Shown: positions 13,214 to 25,840 of the stretch, one piece after another
Position numbering within the stretch: position 1 is the first letter of the stretch
Layout of the letters: the number at the start of each line of letters is the position of its first letter
Assembly: GCA_964016885.1 (NCBI GenBank)
Contig: OZ024743.1
Location: forward strand, 90,768,001 to 90,832,000
Source of the DNA: Eledone cirrhosa
Taxonomy: Eukaryota
Direction: 5' to 3'
Length of the DNA: 64,000 bases
Position numbers and translations under genes: made by a program
The notes under the pieces: generated by a model
The model's database searches: none
Seen by the model: the letters and a program-made list of their open reading frames with translations, nothing else
Told to the model about the DNA's origin: nothing

Positions 13214-16200
13214 CTTTAACTTTGATAACTTTGATAGGTTTCGGCCAGTATTGGCCCAGGCCATGTCTGACTTAATAGCACCACCTGGCGAAGTCTTACA
13301 AATCAGTGTTTAGGTACCATGGCCCACTCGAGCAGAGAGTTATTGTTTACGGAGGCATATCCGGGTGTAGGAGGCTCATCCGGGATTTCTTGAAGGAATT
13401 TATCCAAAGACTTCTTGAACTTGATGGGGTCTGTCTCTGCTTTGATGTGTTTTGGTGTAATGTTAAAGAGTGCAGGGCCAATTGAGGTGAAATAATTGTG
13501 CCGTATTGTTGTTATGTGATGCGAGTGGGATTTTTGTCCTGGGCGGATAGCACGGGGCCCAAGCCTTGGGTGTACACTAAAGGTGATGCCAACATCATTT
13601 GGGTTAAGCTGATGGAATATTTTCCACATTATACAGATAATGTAGCGCTCACGGCGACGTTGAAGAGAATAAAGTTTGAGCTTTTCTAATCGACCCCAAT
13701 AGTCAAGGCCTGTCATGCCAACTATCTTTTTTGTAATTGACCTTTGGAGTGCTTCAACTTTCATGATACTTTGTTTCGTGTGGGGTGACCACAGAAGACA
13801 ACAGTATTCAAGGTGGGGTCGGGCAAAAGTGGAGAAGAGAAGGACAACAGTGTGGATATCTCTCGACTGGAAAGTTCTGAGAATCCAGGAACACATTCTG
13901 TGGGCCATATCAACTTTGCTGTTTATATGAGTGGCCCAGCTTATATTGTTGTCCACAATTACTCCCAGGTCTCTGATGTTATTGGAAGCCACCAGAGTTT
14001 TACCCGAAGGAAGAGAGTATGGTAGTTTCAGAGCATCCTTTTTTTCAAAGTGGATTAGTTCAAATTTATCCTCATTCAACAGCATATTATTCATATCTGC
14101 CCATTGGATAACAGCCAGTAGGTCTGACTGAAGGCAAGTCCGGTCACCCACCTCATTGATGACCCTTTGGAGCTTGGAATCATCTGCGAAGATTCTGATG
14201 TTACTGTGTTTGATGATGTCAGTAATGTCATTAATGTAGAAGATGAAAAGAAGTGGCCCAACACAGTGCCGGGCTTGATTCTACTCCTTCGACTACAACA
14301 TGCTGGGTTCTGCCTGTCAGGAAACATTTGATCCACTGTAGTAACCTTCCAGAGACACCAACATTGGATAGTTTTTTCAGTAGAATCTTATGATTAACCC
14401 TGTCGAAGGCCTTGCTGAAATCAAGGTAGATGACATCAGTGTTGGAGCCCTCTCCCAAGGCTCTCATAACATCGCCAAAGTGATGCAGGAGCTGCGTTAA
14501 GCAGTCCCTTCCATTACGGAACCCATGTTGGTTGGAATTCTGCAGGCCGTTGCTTTCAAGAAAGTGGGTTATTCGTGATCTCACCACCCTCTCAAATACC
14601 TTGATAATATGAGAGGTGAGTGAGATCGGACGGTAGTTCACTTCAAGGGACTTATTTCCCTTTTTGAAGACTGGGACAACGGACTGGGACAGAAAGTTTT
14701 CAGGAATATATCCAGTGTCCAGTGAGTTCCTCCACAGATTAGCAAGAGGAGTTGCAAGCTGGTGTCGACACACCTCCAGGACACAACCTGTCGGGGCCTA
14801 CTGCTGAATTGTGTTTAATTTCGTTTATTGCCGCTAAGACATCAGGGGCGCCAAACGTTATGTCTGATATAGTGTGTTGGGGGTTAATATTACTGATACG
14901 GCCCAGATCGGCCATATCAGGGTTGCTGGAAACAGAGCAGTATTGTTTCTGCAGTATCTCGCCCATGGTTTTGGCATTGTCCTGGAGTGTGCCATTTTCA
15001 TCAACTAGGGGACAACAGTGGAGACGGTGACCTTGTGTTTTTTAGCAATGGCCCACCTCTCTTCAGCTATTCTCTGGTTATTGGTGATGGTCATCATGCA
15101 TTGCTGGAGGTTATATTTTTTTTACTCAAGCAGGGTGATAGCCATTGAATGTGTGTGTTGTTGTTGGCAGTATTTTAGTGTTAATTTTTTTGTTTGTTCT
15201 TTTTATTTTTCTGATAATTGTTTTTCTGTTTTGGAGGATACTGCACTTGGTTTTTTTCACAGGTTTTGTACATATATTTGTGACAGTGTCTACAAAGATC
15301 TGCCAAGATGTTTTGATGTTGGTGGAAGTGTGTGCGTGTGTAAAAGACCAGTCGACATGTGATAGTTCGTTCATAATTGCATCCAGTTGGCATTGTAGAG
15401 ATCCATGTTATCAAATGGGTGGGGTGGGGAGAGAGAACCCTGGGATTAGCTTTCGCTGGTGGAATCTCAGGTTACAAAGAACCATGTCATGGTCTGAGAG
15501 AAGGGTTTTTTCCACTGTAATATTATGTATAGTGTTAGTGTGGTTACTAAATATTAGATCCAGAATGTTCTTTTGATGATGTTGGTGCAAGGACAAGCTG
15601 TGACAAGAAAAACTAATTCATGAAGTCAAGAAGTGACTCGACAGCCTCTTTGTCAGTGGTTAAGGCTGTGGAGCCTGGTTTCAAACTACATGTAGACCAA
15701 TCGACACAGGGCAGATTAAAGTCTCCCATCAAAAGTATGTTGCTAGAATTGCACTGTTTGATAAAGCATTTAATACTGTTGAGGCATTCTTTGAAGCATA
15801 TTATGGGTGTTTGTAGCGGCCTATAGAGCCCAACTAATGTCAGGTCATTGGCTTTATTGTGCACAGTGACTGATTCACAGTATCCATTAGAGAATGTTGC
15901 GTTGTCATCTGCCGTAAAGGAATCATGCAGGAAAATGGCAGTTCCATCCTTCCTTCTGCTAACACGATCCGCACGGATGGTTGTGAAATTTCTCACTCTT
16001 ACTTCGGCCTCCAAGTGGGAGTTGTCAAGGTGGGTCTCAGTAAGAATGAAGAAGGGGATGTGAAATGGATGGTTACCAATCCAATCCTCAATGAATTGGA
16101 TCTTCCATTTCTGTGCATTGATGAATGGGCTGATACCTTGTGTATTGAGTAAGAATGTGGAGGCTAGTGTAGTGGCTGGTTTTGACTGTTGCATGGGGCT

Positions 16201-16260
16201 TGTTTTGTGATTGTGTGTTAGTGACAGCAAGGTTGGTTTTGGGAGATGGCTAAAATGTTT
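13213..16260 (-). mobile_element. Degenerate CR1-group LINE ORF2 (APE endonuclease + RT)
   Basis: APE motifs LTETHL, GLYRP, MGDFNLP, NILDLIF, SDH. RT motifs NYRPISLTS, YLDFSKAFDRV, FADD, RDLGV, RPHLEYC. The 3' tail is tandem atcaaagtt. Confidence 0.9.
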
Positions 16261-16343
16261 TTCTCTATCTCTTTGCCAGGTTCATGGCTAAAAAAGAAAG
16301 ATTTATAGAAGGATATATATATATATAGAAGGATATATATATA

Positions 16344-16846
16344 TTTCGTTTCTGAATTTGTTTAGCAAGATTCTTTATCTGAAAACGTGTGTTGAAACCG
16401 ATATTGTTATACTTTGGGAGGGTCATGTTGTCAATAAGAAACACACGCACCAGTTGCTTTCACTTCAATTTATTATAATAAATTTATAAATTTAGGAATT
16501 TACAAATTCCCGGTTGGTTGGTTGGTTCCACAACCAGATGATTGTTTATATATTTTCAAAGTTCTTTCGTCACACATTCTGTGACCTCTTCACAAAAACA
16601 TGATGGAGTAGGACAGAACAAAGGAGAGGCACAAAAACAAAAAAAAAAGAATCCCCAGTCACTGAAGAGGTCACAGAATGTGTGACGAAAGAACTTTGAC
16701 AATATATAAACAATCATCTGGTTGTGGAACCAACCAACCAACCGGAAATTTGTAAATTCCTAAATTTATAAATTTATTATAATAAATTGAAGTGAAAGCA
16801 ACTGGTGCGTGTGTTTCTTATTGGCAACATGATCCTCCCAAAGTAT

Positions 16847-16852
<6 letters not shown>
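16344..16852. mobile_element. HHR family A foldback (arms 16402-16592 / 16663-16852) with ~58-bp tail on the left
   Basis: 190-bp near-perfect arms, flanked by TA runs. Confidence 0.88.
16658..16700 (+). ncRNA. Minimal type I hammerhead ribozyme
   Basis: gtca CTGAAGA g gtcaca gaatg tgtgac GAAA gaac tt tgac. Confidence 0.75.
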
Positions 16853-16900
<48 letters not shown>

Positions 16901-16945
16901 AAGTAAAATAAAAAGTCAAATGTTTAAAATTTAACTTCGTTTATT

Positions 16946-17000
16946 ACTGCTATATATATTTCGGTGACAGCCATCTTTGGCTGTGACCTCTTCAGGCAGT
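16946..17000 (-). ncRNA. Type I hammerhead ribozyme (mirror copy)
   Basis: Exact reverse complement of 17135-17189. Confidence 0.85.
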
Positions 17001-17134
17001 CCAAATTAGTGTTGTATAGACAAGTACATATGTTGTTGAAGTGTATAATTTTGTCAATACTCTGATATGCCCAGTTCCTGGTTGGGTTGTTATTTCACTG
17101 AGGAACTGGAATTGTCTATACAACACTAATTTGG

Positions 17135-17189
17135 ACTGCCTGAAGAGGTCACAGCCAAAGATGGCTGTCACCGAAATATATATAGCAGT
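17135..17189 (+). ncRNA. Type I hammerhead ribozyme
   Basis: actgc CTGAAGA ggtcacagcca aaga tggctgtcacc GAAA tatata ta gcagt. The core is canonical and stem III is palindromic. Confidence 0.88.
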
Positions 17190-17346
17190 AATAAACGAAG
17201 TTAAATTTTAAACATTTGACTTTTTATTTAACTTTATTTTACATTACTCCGGAGTAACCAAACCAACCTGCGCACTTCGTCGAGTGCTCCAGCCTGCATA
17301 CTGAGGTGTTGGTATACAACCAGCATATACTCAATATATATATATA

Positions 17347-17670
<324 letters not shown>

Positions 17671-17773
17671 ATATATATATATATATATATTCATTAAAAT
17701 ATTTGCTCTACGGTTCTTCTATATTTGATATATATTTATCCTTATGGAGCCATCTTTGGATTTTAGTCTTCAA

Positions 17774-17861
<88 letters not shown>

Positions 17862-17864
17862 TTT

Positions 17865-18056
17865 GAGGCGGTGGATTGGCAGTATCGGTAGAGGGTCGGA
17901 CGCCATGCTTTCCACCATAGTTACGTCCCTTTACGATCTGAGTTCAAATCCCGCCGAGTTTGACTTTGCCTTTCATCCTTACGGGGGTCGATAAAATAAA
18001 GTACCAGTAATGCACTGGGTAATTGCTGGCCTTGTGCCTGAAGCAGAAACAATTAT
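17865..18056 (+). mobile_element. tRNA-derived SINE after (ATT)n
   Basis: Same family as 8879-9070. Confidence 0.9.
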
Positions 18057-18378
18057 TTAGTTGGTAAAAACACATTTTCTTCGGCGATTAAATATTTTGC
18101 TTGTTACAAAGTGTTGACATGCATTTTGATTATTTAGTTGGCAGGACTAGCAAATCGGAAGACGTACTTGTCATTACACTGGTACATTGAGCTTTGATAT
18201 TCATATTAACAATGGATACTCTCAACAACCATTTCCCTTAAATCTTCAAACAATTCCAAACAATACATAAGATTAATAGTCAGTATTATAAATGCTGCAC
18301 CCACTATTATGGATTTTATGATCCATTCACTACTTAACATGGATATACATAAGTGTATATATACATAAGTGTGTGTGC

Positions 18379-18454
<76 letters not shown>

Positions 18455-18673
18455 GTAATCTGAGTTTTTCGAATATTAATAATAATATTCGATTCGTTTG
18501 CAATTATGCAAACAAGCCTCATTTTTAAAGCCATGTCAGTAGAATGAGCCCCCCGTTCTTGCTCTTGGTCTTTTTTTCTTTATATATATATATATATATA
18601 TATACTCCGTAATTGGTGTCAGTCATTGTACTGCGACCATACTGGAGCAGTGTCATTATATATATACACATCA

Positions 18674-18741
<68 letters not shown>

Positions 18742-18814
18742 CAGTATATATATATATATATAATAAAATGTCGAGAGGAGGCACACGAGTTAGGATATAT
18801 ATATATATATATAT

Positions 18815-19130
18815 GAAAACAGGGAGAAAGAGACGATTATGAGGAAGAAAAATATTTTTTTTTTCCTTTTTTTTGTCTCCCTCTCTCTTTTTTCTGCGTT
18901 AGAAAATGATTAAAACGAAATGTTTTACTTTGTGTGAAGTGTTAAGGTATTAGTTGATTTATTTATTATTTAACAATGGCATTTATTTATCTATTTATAT
19001 ATTTAACACTTCACACAAAGTAAAACATTTCGTTTTAATCATTTTCTAACCCAGAAAAAAGAGAGAGAGAAAAAAAAGGAAAAAAAAATTTTTTTTTCTT
19101 CCTCATAATCGTCTCTTTCTCCCTGTTTTC
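18815..19130. mobile_element. Foldback (arms 18815-18945 / 19003-19130) in (TA)n
   Basis: gaaaacagggagaaagagacgattatgagg... is mirrored at the right end. Confidence 0.85.
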
Positions 19131-19172
19131 ATATATATATATACATTAGTATATATATATATATATATATAT

Positions 19173-19349
19173 AACGAAGGAAATGTGGTAAGGAACCAGG
19201 TGGACCATAACGCACCAAAGTACTCAATACTTGAGGTAGTAGAGTGGGTAATAGGAACCAGTAAGACCCCGACAGCTGAGCTCAAGCCGTTTCGACGGCT
19301 AATTCGCCGTCGAAACGGCTTGAGCTCAGCTGTCGGGGTCTTACTGGTT

Positions 19350-19354
<5 letters not shown>
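19173..19354 (-). mobile_element. Foldback (49-bp perfect arms 19251-19299 / 19306-19354) with ~78-bp tail
   Basis: Seen directly. Same family as 21230-21425 and 12093-12180. Confidence 0.9.
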
Positions 19355-19389
<35 letters not shown>

Positions 19390-19392
<3 letters not shown>

Positions 19393-19887
19393 TAGAATTG
19401 GTGCTCTGAAATAGCGATATATATATGAATGTATATATAGTGCATTTTGCAATACACTGTATGCTTAACTAAAATCATTTTGAAGACCTTACGCTATTGT
19501 TTTAAAGTCACTTACTTCTTTTTTCAGCAAACAAAGGGAGATAAGCTGCCAGATCTCTGTTTCGTACTGTTGGTACTCCTCAGAGCTTACCACTCCATTT
19601 GCCTGCTGAAAATTATGAATATTGGATTCTTATAGAATTCCAGTAATAATCAGGAACTGATTATACAGAGCGATAAGAATCTAACATTCATAATTTTCAG
19701 CAGGCAAAGGGAGTGGTAAGCTCTGGGGAGTACCAACAGTACGAAACAGAGATCTGTCAGCTTATCTCCCTTTGTTTGCTGAAAAAAGAAGTAAGTAACA
19801 TAGTCACTACTTTAAAACAATAGCGTAAGGTCTTCAAAATGCTTTTAATTAAGCATACAGTGTATTGCAAAATACACTATATATACA

Positions 19888-19890
<3 letters not shown>
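19390..19890 (-). mobile_element. HHR foldback (arms 19427-19633 / 19673-19890) with short left tail
   Basis: ~210-bp arms with scattered mismatches, flanked by TA. Confidence 0.88.
19717..19764 (+). ncRNA. Type I hammerhead ribozyme (mirror copy at 19542-19589, minus)
   Basis: taagct CTGGGGA gtac caaca gtac GAAA cagagatctg tc agctta. The mirror arm has the canonical CTGAGGA. Confidence 0.8.
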
Positions 19891-19952
<62 letters not shown>

Positions 19953-20336
19953 AGGATAACAATAAATCGTTAAAGGTAATCCGATAAAAGTCTGTGAAAA
20001 CTATTTATCATGGACTGCTTAATCGTACGGTACAGAGGTTTACTTCGGTGACAATTTTATGACTTTGCTTGTGTTCCTATGTAAATATATCTTGGAGTAA
20101 TAAAAGAGTGAAGAATAACATGGTTGACAGTTCAAAACAAGGATATTTATTTACAGTCTTACAATTGTTTCAATGGTAGAAATATCTATACATTGCTAAA
20201 TACTGGAGACAGTATAACTCAATTTACAATACATCTAAGTACCATCATTTCATCAGAGACAAATAAGAAATATAAAATATATGCGTAACGGTAAACTTGA
20301 AAATTTAAATTACTACATCAATAATAGTATTAATGA

Positions 20337-20371
<35 letters not shown>

Positions 20372-21211
20372 AGGGTAACAGATGGAAATGAGAGAGAAAG
20401 AAAGAAAATGACGAAAGAAGGAACGAAGATATAGTTAAATATATAACCGGCAAAATTTACGAAATCAAACTATCACATCAAAATAAATAAATATAATATT
20501 AATAATAATAAAGATATATATAGAAGAGAGAAGGGGAGGATATAGCATAGGCAAAGAGGAAGGATAAGTAAGGAAGATGATAAAGAAATAAAGGAAAATT
20601 AAGAGGGGTGAGGAAGCAGAGGAGGATAGAAATTAATCATGAATATGGGGATATGAAGAAGAGAGAAAAGAAAGTAAACAGACGGACGAATAAACATTAC
20701 TACGTAAAATGTCTAGTTTGAGATGTATTATACTATAGGGTAAAATAATCGAGATGAAATCTGTTTAAGTGGTGAAGTACAAAGACAAATGGTGAGAGGT
20801 GTATAAATATAAGATAATAAATGATGTAAATACAAATAAAAATAAAAATAATGATGTTAATACAAATGTTTTTATGTTATTCTTACGTAAATATGAAGTT
20901 TGTAATAATTTGATATCGTAATAGGTGCTAAAAGTATAAAAAGGAATAAGGAATAGAAAATGGAGTTAAGTTGGTCTAAAGTTCAGAAATTTCGTTGCTG
21001 ATTTATGCCGGCAAAAGATAGTTTGCTCAATTTTGCTGTTAAGAAGGGTTTTACTAAAATTAAGAATTTGGAAGAGCTCCATATTACAGAGCCTACAATG
21101 GGAAATACCAGTTTGATAAGTCTTAGCAGTTGACAGTATCATTGAAACAATTGTAAGACTGTAAATAAATATTCTTGTTTTGTACTGTCAACCATGTTAT
21201 TCTTCACTCTT
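19953..21211 (-). mobile_element. 5'-truncated Penelope-like element with inverted terminal arm (20104-20175 / 21140-21211)
   Basis: 20966-21130 (-) translates TAKTYQTGISHCRLCNMELFQILNFSKTLLNSKIEQTIFCRHKS...*, resembling a PLE endonuclease C-terminus. The 3' UTR contains an HHR. Confidence 0.8.
20156..20260 (-). ncRNA. Hammerhead with long stem II insert
   Basis: The reverse complement reads gtct CTGATGA aatgatggta ... taccatt GAAA caattg ta agac. Confidence 0.65.
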
Positions 21212-21229
21212 ATGTATATATATATATAT

Positions 21230-21422
21230 AACGAAGGAAATGTGGTAAGGAACCAGATGGACCATAACGCACCAAAGTACTCAATACTTAGGGTAGTAGA
21301 GTGGGTAATAGGAACGAGTGGGACCTCGAGGCTGAGCTCAAGCCGTTTTGACGGCTAATTCTGGACTCCAGAATTAGCCGTCGAAACGGCTTGAGCTCAG
21401 CCGTCGGGGTCCTACTCGTTCC

Positions 21423-21425
<3 letters not shown>
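21230..21425 (-). mobile_element. Foldback (arms 21308-21365 / 21367-21425) with ~78-bp tail
   Basis: Same tail and same tail-less end as 19173-19354, but a different turn point. Confidence 0.88.
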
Positions 21426-21456
<31 letters not shown>

Positions 21457-21503
21457 TTTAAAGAGTCGAAGTCAGTGTTGCAGCATATCTACAAATTTTA
21501 TTT

Positions 21504-21592
21504 GCATATTACAATTGTTTCAATATCGATCAGCTCAAGATACAATCAAGGTGACGGGACCCGACACTTTATATACATCTCGTCAGATATGC
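21504..21592 (-). ncRNA. Hammerhead with long stem II insert
   Basis: The reverse complement reads gcatat CTGACGA gatgt ... atatt GAAA caattg ta atatgc, with a 6-bp stem I. A related motif lies at about 3849-3936 (+). Confidence 0.7.
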
Positions 21593-21670
21593 GGGCTTAT
21601 ATGAGCAAAGATACATCTAAATTCGTAACAACATTGAGTGCTTCGCACGGTGCGTCGCCTGTAACTGTTG

Positions 21671-21830
<160 letters not shown>

Positions 21831-21894
21831 ACACACACATACACACACACACACATACACGCACACATATATATTTATATATTTATATATAAAC

Positions 21895-22436
21895 ATTTCC
21901 CCCGCCATGCCACGTTTCATTTCTTTAAGCAAATTCTTGCTTCTCTCTAGCATTTTTTATTTTGTCTTTTCAGAAAGGGTTTGTTTCTTCTGAAGGGTGA
22001 AGGAATTCATCATTGATGATCCTTCTCCTTGTCCTACTCAGACCTCTTTTACCATTTTTCCCATTTCGGATTTCTTCTTATCCTTTCTCGAACGGCTTTA
22101 ATGAGAGTAGGAGTCTGCTTAGTGCGTGGTCTTCCACTTCTGGGTCTATTCGCCAAATCTTGCTCTTTAAAACGTTTTACAGCTTTCCAAACAGTAGATC
22201 TTGCAACCCAAAGTAACCTTGCAATATCCGAATCTAACCTCCCGGCACGATGAAGTTTGACTATCATTTCTCTGTTGGATGATATTTTCAAATTCTTTAA
22301 GAAATTCAAACAAAGTCCAATATATTGACATAGGCTAATGTTTTAACCATAAAATAAAAGATGATTAATGATATACTTACAACACTTTTAGAAATCAAAT
22401 TTCAAAAATTTGCTTCCGAGCTTATGCCCCACCCTG
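21895..22436 (-). mobile_element. Tc1/mariner-superfamily transposon 5' fragment
   Basis: HTH region IARLLWVARSTVWKAVKRFKE...RPRSGRPR and RERIRRNP. The terminus reads TA-cagggtggggcataag on the minus strand. Confidence 0.85.
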
Positions 22437-22456
22437 TATATATAAACCTATATATA

Positions 22457-23200
22457 GGCCTCATCACGTACTCTCGTTACGTAGACGATATCAATATAGT
22501 TATAAGAACATCCCCACAAGAGAGCACTAACAAGTTTGATTTAGAACGTAGCACAATGGAAAGCATCCAGCAGATAGCTTATTCCATACACCAGAGTATA
22601 ACTGTAACTATCGACTACCCTTCCAAACACCCTAACAATAGACTACCTGTATTAGACACGGAACTCTGGATTAACACTATAGACGAGAGAGCCCAAATTC
22701 TCCACTCACACTATGCTAAACCCATGGCCTCCAAATACCTGATACTCAAAAACTCAGCAATGTCCAGTAGTGCTAAGTTTAATATTCTGATCGCAGACTT
22801 GGTACGAGTGATGAAGAACGTGTCCCGCATGTGCGACCCAACAGAAATGGAAAGACACATCCAACACTTCATCAACCGCATGCAGTTCTCTGGCTACAAC
22901 CAAAGAGACAGAATCAGAGTATACGAAGGAGCCACGGGGAAGTATAAAACCCTCATAGAACTGGACATGAAAGGAATTTGCCCATTATACAGGAGCAAAT
23001 CATGGAATAGCTTAGATAGGGCTAGACATAAGATAGGGAAAGCCACCTCATGGTACGACAACCAGAGATACCAGAGTGTCATGTTTGTGGACGCTACCCC
23101 TGGAGGGAAATTAGCTAACCAGTGTAGAAAGGCCCTGAGAAGGACCCACTTAAAGATTAAGGTGGTAGAAAAGCCAGGAACCACCATAAAATCCCTGAAA
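22457..23200 (+). mobile_element. Penelope-like RT/thumb fragment
   Basis: Motifs YSRYVDD, LPVLD, HYAKPMAS, MQFSGY, PLYRS. Confidence 0.8.
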
Positions 23201-23283
23201 AGCGAAAACCAACCAAACAGTGAGTGTGTTCTTTTATTAATTCTGGCAATATTACACAAATATGACCCCCCCCCCCCAAGTAT

Positions 23284-23360
<77 letters not shown>

Positions 23361-23575
23361 GGGGGGGGTATTATATATATATGTGTATGTATGTACATAT
23401 ATGTATGAATGTAGGTATGCATGTATTTACATACACATAAAAATATATACATATATATGTATATACATAAACACAAACACACATACACATATAATTCATA
23501 TATAAAAGTTATCAATAAACTGTTGCTTGGTTTAATTCCTCGCAAGTGCTTCTTTCCCCATCTCTAAGGCTATAT

Positions 23576-23615
<40 letters not shown>

Positions 23616-23618
<3 letters not shown>

Positions 23619-24069
23619 TTGGAATATGTGTTGGTTAATTAGCGACACTTCAGTATGCAGGGTAGAGCACTCTACGTAGTGCGCAGGTGGATCTGTTTAC
23701 TCCGGAGTATATTTATAAATAAGACGTGTAAGTCAACAGGTTAAAATTAACTTCGTTTATTCATAGTTGCTGTTATATATATTTCGGTGTTAACCATTAT
23801 GCAACAGCTATGACCTCATCAGACAGTTAGAATTTGAACTGAAAAAAAGAGAAAAACAACGATGGAATAAACCAAATTTCAGCACTGAGCATATAAATAA
23901 AAATCGAAATAACAGAAGCTTTATTCCATCGTTATGTTTTTCTGTTTTTTTTCTGTTTAAATTCTTGCTGTCTGATGAGGTAATAGTTGTTGAACAATGG
24001 TTATTAACGAAATATATATAAGAGCGACTATGAATAAACGAAGTTAATTTTAACCTGTGACTTACACTT

Positions 24070-24074
<5 letters not shown>
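23616..24074 (-). mobile_element. Older HHR foldback (arms about 23719-23871 / 23920-24074) with ~100-bp tail
   Basis: The diverged arms carry HHRs at 23770-23826 (-) and 23967-24025 (+). The tail is homologous to 17241-17335 (tactccggagta, cctgcatactga). Confidence 0.85.
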
Positions 24075-24159
<85 letters not shown>

Positions 24160-25840
24160 CATACATACATACATACATAGTCAGTCAACGCGATCAGTCG
24201 CACATTTTGGCGTCGGAGACTATTCATTAAATTTAAGATGAATACTATCTCCGACAGTAATGCTACAACTACCAGTCATGTTGAATAACTGGATTTTCTT
24301 CTAACTATATCCACTGAAGACACCTTTTATTCGAATTCGTAGAGATATCCGACTAAATACATAATGGATTTTACAAGGATTTGCTACAAACAGCAGGGCT
24401 GAACACAACATCAACAACAACATCAGTGGAATACCGAAGAAAAACGAGAAAGGTAAACACAATTTATTCAGTTGTAGCTACAGAAAAAACCGAAATTGTA
24501 AATCGCATTTCTCTTGGAGTTGCGAACTTAATGGTGATTTATTTAATTGTTATAAAATGGCAAAAAACAATCCCTCCATTGACTATATGAATAGAATGAA
24601 GCTACACTGGGACGAAATACACCCAGAACTAAATTATTTCACAGCGAAACAATTACGCCAACAAGCGACGTTTGTTGAACGTAAAAATAAGATAAATATT
24701 ATTAATTGTAAGTCCCCCACAACAAACATGGAATCAACAACACGTGCTACAGGTCGCCATGCTACTAGACTTCCTAGCAGCCAGGTCGAACAGTGCCTTG
24801 AAACAACTATGCCTGTAAGAAACTTGACATCACGTGTACCATCTAAGTCTACCTCGAATGCTGGGGAAAACACTATCGATAATAATAATAATCGAAGAAA
24901 TGATAATAATAATCGAAGAAATTTGACACCACGTGTACCATCCGAGTCTACCTCGACTATTGTGGGAAATACTATCGATAATGATAATAATCAAAAGTTT
25001 AAACAATTGAAAATTCCCCTCAACGAAATCTTCCAGAGAGAAATTAATTCATGTATAAACATTTCTCTTGCTGAACGTTTGAAAACAACAATATTTAATA
25101 AAAAACCAAATAATGAAATATTACGTGTTATTGACGAAATAGGGGATGAATATTTACGACGGATAAAAACCTCAACATTTTGGCAAATCAACGCCTGTTT
25201 ATATGCCTTAGCAACGGCAGTGAAGCATTATCTTGGTGATAGCAGAGATATTAACAAGAACAAAACACCACCAAAAATACCATCATCTATGTATATATCT
25301 AAAACAGAGAATGTCTGTCTATCTATCTGTCAGCTCACTAAAACCCGAGAACCACCCAACCGATTGTTTTCAAAATTTACACATGTAATACTGTAATACA
25401 AAATTTACACATGTCCTGTGAATGTTTTGAGCAAAAACAATTTCAAATTTTCAATACGCTAGGGACCGCATTAGGCGATTTAGCGATCTCTCTCTATAAT
25501 TCTTAGTCTTTCTTTTTAGATAGATACATAGATGTAACGTTGCGCCCTTATAATATCTGTCTGTATGTCTGCCTGTCTGCATTACGTCATTATGACGCGA
25601 TCAGTGTGTGTGTATATGTATATAGTGTGTGTGTATATATATATTCTTATGACAGGGAACGTCTTCACGAGCCAAAGTATCGTCTTCCTATTTTCCCCCG
25701 GTTGCAACGTTTTTCTAAATATTTACTTCTGCGTTCACAGATTGATTTTTTTAGTTTCAGAAGATCCCGTTAAGGGTGAAAGCAGCGATTCTTTGCTTAG
25801 ACTTTAATATGTTATTTTAATATATATATATATATATATA

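Larger units (their letters stand above)
16895..17335 (+). mobile_element. HHR foldback (arms 16895-17023 / 17112-17240) with ~95-bp tail
   Basis: 129-bp near-identical arms, each carrying a complete HHR, flanked by TA. Confidence 0.9.
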
